A stretch of 39,585 nt of DNA, taken from contig CAZKUV010000001.1 of NCBI GenBank assembly GCA_964556075.1, positions 1 through 39,585 on the forward strand, written 5' to 3'. The notes below the pieces were generated by a model that was not told the DNA's origin, searched no databases, and saw only the letters and a program-made list of their open reading frames with translations. Both the position numbers and the translations under genes were made by a program. Positions 35,615 through 39,585 of the stretch are shown here, piece by piece. Numbering within the stretch: position 1 is the first letter of the stretch; every line of letters starts with the position of its first letter. Source of the stretch: an uncultured Candidatus Saccharibacteria bacterium (lineage in GTDB: Bacteria > Patescibacteriota > Saccharimonadia > Saccharimonadales > Saccharimonadaceae).

Positions 35615-37420
35615 CTAAAACGACTTGCGGCTACGTTTGGCGATGCCAGCAGATTTCAAGCGTAAATCACGTCGCCCAAGCCCCGTCGGACTGATGAAGC
35701 TGTCATCGAATGAGCGGAAATTCCGAAAGGTCCCGTTACCCTTTCGGTTCGTGACTGCCATCTGGGTATAGGCGCCACCGTCACAAGTAACCAGCATTTC
35801 GCACATCTCGAGATAGCCATCTACCATGTCTTCGGTGGACGATTCGCCAACTAGGCGGGCTACCTCGGAAGCGGCAAACTGACGAAGCTCCTTACAATAC
35901 TCGTCGCGTCCGAACACCGCGACTTCCGTCGCGAGACTCATGCCGTCGCCGGTCAAATTCCGAATAAAGTTTCCCGCCTCTGGATTAAGACCGATGGCTG
36001 CGAAGAACCGTTGCGCGACCAGCTTGTTGTAGCTCTTCTGGCGGTGCTTTTCACCTCGGGCCACGGCGACCGGCTTACCGAGATCGTGCGTCAAAAGCGC
36101 CAACCTCATTGGAGCGAGCAACTCAACCGGCACCCTCTCGGCAAAGTTTTCATCGAAATTCTCAAGGGTCGTTGCCGTATGCTCCTCAAGGGAGTACCCT
36201 TCCCAGTTACCAGCGCTCGCTTCCAGTACTCGATCGAAGCACGGGACCTCTTTAGCGGCATCGATTAAACGAGTCGGGCTGACATACGCGCCCTCGAGGA
36301 GATTAAACAACTTATGCCGCTCGGCTGTCGGACGAGGAAACTTGTCGCCGAGCGCCTTACCAATCGGAAGGAGCGCACGGCCGTCCTCTTGCCTTTGCCT
36401 GTCATACGCTTCAACGGTATTAACCTCACGAAGATTAAACAGTGACACAATCGTAATATCTCGCCTCAGCGTCGCGGACCGTACCCCCGACTCCTGTCCC
36501 ACAATATGGTGTTCTTTAAAAAATCGGGCGATATAATCAATCGATACCGGATACGGCGCAGTATCAGTACCTCCCAGCTCGACGGTAGGCCTATCGTAGC
36601 TTTGTATGGCGTGTCCTGCCTTCCATGGATGATTCCAGACATAGTTTCTGGCGTTAACAACAGACGCAAGCGAGGAAACGTCATCGGGAGCGATCCCGGT
36701 CTCCTGCGAGACCTGGTCGATTATATCGTTGGTTACATAGACCAGACCCTTTTGAGAGAATGTCTTCAGCACAGAATCGATATCCCCTCTTGTAAGGTTG
36801 GTATCGATTGGGAGCGGCGTGCCTTCTGAGAGCGGAAAACGCCGAAACAACGTGCGCATACTCTCGACGTACCGATTCCTCTCCTCTTCCGTCAGCGACC
36901 AGAAAGAAAAGTCCCAGGAGACTATCGACGCGTCGATGTCCCGCGAGATTATCTTGTGCACCTCGGCGTGTGCATACGCGTCCATGAGATACTGACGTCG
37001 CTGCTCCTCGTCCAACTCGTGATACCTTAGGGGTTGGCCGGTCGTTCTCTCGAAATGGCTATGGAACGCGCGGGTCCTCGCAAAGTCTTCGGCGATGGAC
37101 AGATCCGCCGTATACAGCACCGGAACAGCAAAGACATTTCGATTACCGGTAGCGTTGCCGCCGTTTTGAAAATACGGATTAACTTCCCACGAAGATACGC
37201 CATCTTCTGTACGATACCTGCCGTGGTAGGTCTCGATATCAGCGAGTGACTTCAGCACGCCAAGCTCCCGTAGGGTTCCGAGCGCTTCGTATTTTTCCCT
37301 AGACTCAATCGGTCGGGAATGTTCGCTCGCATACCGAACCGCCTCGCTCCCGAACCGTCTGACAGTAGAATCCGGAAGTTTTTCAGACTGAGGAGTGCGT
37401 TCGTGGCGTTCTTTTAGCAT
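35615..37420 (-). CDS. HD-domain protein with a large uncharacterised N-terminal region
   Basis: The HD signature is SLEEHTATTL (H414) ... LALLTHDLGKP (H445-D446). The first 400 aa are unassigned but carry GNRN-x7-LYTAD-x4-AED and GVRSA-x6-ITIVSLFN motifs. Confidence 0.78.
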   Translation of the reverse strand: MLKERHERTPQSEKLPDSTVRRFGSEAVRYASEHSRPIESREKYEALGTLRELGVLKSLADIETYHGRYRTEDGVSSWEVNPYFQNGGNATGNRNVFAVPVLYTADLSIAEDFARTRAFHSHFERTTGQPLRYHELDEEQRRQYLMDAYAHAEVHKIISRDIDASIVSWDFSFWSLTEEERNRYVESMRTLFRRFPLSEGTPLPIDTNLTRGDIDSVLKTFSQKGLVYVTNDIIDQVSQETGIAPDDVSSLASVVNARNYVWNHPWKAGHAIQSYDRPTVELGGTDTAPYPVSIDYIARFFKEHHIVGQESGVRSATLRRDITIVSLFNLREVNTVEAYDRQRQEDGRALLPIGKALGDKFPRPTAERHKLFNLLEGAYVSPTRLIDAAKEVPCFDRVLEASAGNWEGYSLEEHTATTLENFDENFAERVPVELLAPMRLALLTHDLGKPVAVARGEKHRQKSYNKLVAQRFFAAIGLNPEAGNFIRNLTGDGMSLATEVAVFGRDEYCKELRQFAASEVARLVGESSTEDMVDGYLEMCEMLVTCDGGAYTQMAVTNRKGNGTFRNFRSFDDSFISPTGLGRRDLRLKSAGIAKRSRKSF

Positions 37421-37449
37421 GTATGTTTATGTTGAAGATAAGTATTTAG

Positions 37450-37486
37450 ATATTATCATATATTACCTCTTATGTCAATTTTGACA
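37450..37486 (-). promoter_or_regulatory. consensus promoter of the HD-domain gene overlapped by a 14-bp palindrome
   Basis: Minus strand: TTGACA (37478-37473), a 17-nt spacer, then TAATAT (37455-37450). The palindrome TGTCAATTTTGACA (37473-37486) covers the -35 box. No SD precedes ATG 37420. Confidence 0.6.
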
Positions 37487-37500
37487 TCCTGCAGCAACAT

Positions 37501-37525
37501 CAAAACCGGAGGGTATACCTCCGGT
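37501..37525 (-). terminator. intrinsic terminator of greA
   Basis: Minus-strand RNA: ACCGGAGG-UAUAC-CCUCCGGU followed by UUUGAUGUUG. Confidence 0.72.
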
Positions 37526-37547
37526 AGAGATAATCGAGCAGCCGGCA

Positions 37548-38003
37548 TTAGGAAATCTTCACGATTTCGTAGGTCGTCGAACCTTTCGGTGTCGTAATCG
37601 TGACGCTCTCGCCAACCTTTTTGCCCATCAGGGCTTCGCCGATCGGCGATTCGTTGCTAATTTTACCCTCGAGCGGGTCGGCTTCAACCGGACCAACCAG
37701 GGTGTATGTCACCGACTTACCGTCAAACTTGAGTTCGACAGTCGATCCGACGCTAACTCGCGACGTGCTTTTCGCCTTGATAATTTCAGCCTTACCGAGG
37801 ATTTCCTCGATTTCGGCGATGCGAGTTTCGACCAGCGCCTGGTCCTCACGGGCGGTGTCGTAGTCCGCGTTCTCGCTTAGGTCGCCGTAATCACGGGCCT
37901 CGGCGATTTTATCGGCGATTTCACCGCGACGGCTTTTTAAGGTTTCAAGTTCAGCTTCGAGCTCGGCTCGACCAGCTTCAGTAATCTGATACGTTTTCTT
38001 CAT
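37548..38003 (-). CDS. greA: transcription elongation factor GreA
   Basis: The coiled-coil N-terminus has EARDYGDLSENADYDTAREDQ, and a C-terminal globular domain follows. Upstream are TGGTAAAAT (extended -10) and an AAGAGGA SD. Confidence 0.93.
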   Translation of the reverse strand: MKKTYQITEAGRAELEAELETLKSRRGEIADKIAEARDYGDLSENADYDTAREDQALVETRIAEIEEILGKAEIIKAKSTSRVSVGSTVELKFDGKSVTYTLVGPVEADPLEGKISNESPIGEALMGKKVGESVTITTPKGSTTYEIVKIS

Positions 38004-38086
38004 AATTCAATCTGTCCTCTTAGTACTATTTTACCATTTTTCACTGCGCCTTCAGGCGCTGACAAGCTCTATCCTGTACCAGGCAG

Positions 38087-39325
38087 TCATACAAGCTTAG
38101 CAATCAACTCTTCTCGCGTCAATATGACCGTTTCTCCGCTCTTTCTCTCTGTATATTCGTACTGCTGGTTCTCGAGCAATCGGTCACTTACCGTTACGCG
38201 GTGCGGGATGCCGAGGAGCTCGCTGTCCGCGAACTTGGCACCTGGACGCTCGTCGCGATCGTCATACAGTACCTCCACTCCCTTTGTTTTTAATGTTTCG
38301 TACAATCTGTCGGCTTCGGCCGCGCCTTTCTCGCCAATCGAGACGAGATACACGTGATACGGGGCGATGCTTTCCGGCCACACCAACCCTTTGTCGTCAC
38401 TCATCTTTTCGGCGATAACACCCATCGCCCTGGTGATGCCGATACCGTACGAACCGATGTAGAGCGAATGGGTCTTGCCGTCCTCACCTGTATAGTACAG
38501 TCCCATCTCGTCGGTCTTATGGGTGCCGAAGTTGAAGATGTTTCCGGTCTCAGCGGTCTTGACCGGTTCGAGTTCGTCTCGGGTAACCCCGAGCTCCCGT
38601 ACGGCGTCATCGAGAACTTCCTCGTTGATGGCGACGTTCTTTCCTCGGTGAAGATAAATGACGTCCTCTCCCGCGTCACACACCGTCTGGAATTCGTGGC
38701 TAAATTTGGTAAAGGCGCCGCCGCTCGCGAACGTCACGTAGGTGTCATCTCCGATGCCGAGTCGGTCGTACACCCGCTTATACGCTTCAATCGCTTGTTG
38801 GTAGTAGTTGTCAAGGTCCTCTTTGGTGGCGTGGAATGAGTACATGTCCTTCATGATGAATTCTCGTCCGCGCATGATACCGCTTTTCGCTCTGAGTTCG
38901 TTCCTCATCTTCGTCTGGAACTGGTAGAGACTGACCGGCAGATCCTTATAGCTCTGGACGTATTGCTTCATCATCTCAACGATCGGTTCCTCATGACTCC
39001 AGCCCAGGCCTAGTTCCGTGTCATCCTTGAGCTTCGTCTTGAACCAAACGTCGACCACTTCGTCGTCCCAACGGGTGGTCTTTTCCCACACCTCTTTTCG
39101 CTGGAGTGTCGTCATGATTAGCTCGTTGCTATGAATCGCGTTCATTTCTTCCCGGACGATTTGCTTGATATTCTCAACGACTCTGAGTCCGAGCGGGAGA
39201 TAAGCGTAGACCCCGGCCATCTCCTTGTAGACGTAACCGGCGCGAATCAGGAGCTGGGCATTTAAGGCGACCTCGTCACTAGGCGCCTGCTTCAGTGTTT
39301 TCGTGAACAAATGTGAAATTCTCAT
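38087..39325 (-). CDS. proS: proline--tRNA ligase, bacterial-type but lacking the large INS editing domain
   Basis: MRISHLFTKTLKQAPSDEVALNAQLLIRAGYV, SHEEPIV, FRNELRAKSGIMRGREFIMKD and the C-terminal anticodon-binding domain are present. Only about 45 aa occupy the position of the usual ~180-aa insertion. Confidence 0.92.
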   Translation of the reverse strand: MRISHLFTKTLKQAPSDEVALNAQLLIRAGYVYKEMAGVYAYLPLGLRVVENIKQIVREEMNAIHSNELIMTTLQRKEVWEKTTRWDDEVVDVWFKTKLKDDTELGLGWSHEEPIVEMMKQYVQSYKDLPVSLYQFQTKMRNELRAKSGIMRGREFIMKDMYSFHATKEDLDNYYQQAIEAYKRVYDRLGIGDDTYVTFASGGAFTKFSHEFQTVCDAGEDVIYLHRGKNVAINEEVLDDAVRELGVTRDELEPVKTAETGNIFNFGTHKTDEMGLYYTGEDGKTHSLYIGSYGIGITRAMGVIAEKMSDDKGLVWPESIAPYHVYLVSIGEKGAAEADRLYETLKTKGVEVLYDDRDERPGAKFADSELLGIPHRVTVSDRLLENQQYEYTERKSGETVILTREELIAKLV

Positions 39326-39436
39326 ACTATCTCTCCGTTAGGTTGTCCGTTCAGAAAAATCAAGTGAAAAGTAAATTCTACCGGCGAACCGGAGTGCGTG
39401 AACGAGAGACTGGCGACAGCAGTATGTGCCTTTGCA

Positions 39437-39585
39437 TCATGCACCTATTGTACTAGGAAGAATAGGATTTATAAAGAGGAGGTAGTACGCGATGCCATTT
39501 TTGAGCATGTGCAGGAAAATCCCTGCCCAGATGCTCCCGGTTTTCTCGCGTAGTACCACGAGAATAATACCGATTGGCAGTAGGC
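39437..39585 (-). CDS. CPBP-family intramembrane protease, C-terminal 48 aa (gene enters from the right edge)
   Basis: The reverse frame reads LLPIGIILVVLREKTGSIWAGIFLHMLKNGIAYYLLF...GA* with the HxxxN motif. The stop is TGA at 39439-39437. It is absent from the ORF track because it is partial. Confidence 0.68.
   Translation of the reverse strand, partial: LLPIGIILVVLREKTGSIWAGIFLHMLKNGIAYYLLFINPILPSTIGA

Noticed and set aside
25278-39436. T-box leaders upstream of serS, lysS and proS (and of glyQS at 5785-5873)
   Set aside because: The upstream gaps are only 45-111 nt and lack a specifier-loop / T-box (AGGGUGGNACCGCG-like) arrangement. serS and lysS appear leaderless.
1-39585. Possible alternative genetic code (UGA recoding, as in some candidate-phyla bacteria) or TAG/TAA reassignment prompted by the in-frame stops in the CYTH gene
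   Set aside because: An intact RF2 (SPF motif) is encoded here. TGA terminates rnhA and TAG terminates metK at the expected protein ends, and all other family-assignable genes read through at normal length under the standard code.
1-39585. CRISPR arrays, tRNA/rRNA/tmRNA genes, transposases, integrases and prophage structural genes
   Set aside because: No spaced direct repeats were seen. The largest intergenic gaps (111-183 nt) are accounted for by promoters, hairpins, the riboswitch or the ribozyme, and no ORF shows recombinase or capsid-like motifs.

Overview
This is a dense, nearly gap-free bacterial chromosomal segment, roughly 50% GC by eye, with about 45 protein genes. Almost all lie on the minus strand. 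Most are housekeeping genes: metK, rnhA, glyQS, recO, xseAB, rpmA, ftsEX, prfB, murD, secA, serS, lysS, greA and proS. Several enzymes are compact: a 328-aa MetK, a 412-aa ProRS without a full editing insertion, and a SecA without a Cys-rich tail. This, plus a sensor-less two-component pair, suggests a reduced-genome Patescibacteria/Saccharibacteria-like organism using the standard genetic code (inference only). I found no rRNA, tRNA, CRISPR array, transposase or integrase. The most interesting signals are non-coding or accessory. (1) A textbook type III hammerhead self-cleaving ribozyme sits at 33561-33617 (+), downstream of an orphan gene and abutting the lysS stop codon. (2) That ribozyme closes a small cassette of two divergent orphan ORFs (32648-33479). 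(3) A 601-aa protein with a C-terminal HD domain and an N-terminal region carrying RES/ADP-ribosyltransferase-like motifs is followed by a 121-aa acidic protein, behind a consensus promoter overlapped by a palindrome. (4) A SAM-I riboswitch precedes metK. (5) A CYTH-family gene is inactivated by three lesions. (6) A TATACT -10 box recurs 6-10 nt upstream of start codons, implying leaderless mRNAs. (7) An EEP-family hydrolase gene has a 5' frameshift. Family assignments come from motif recognition by eye; no searches were run.
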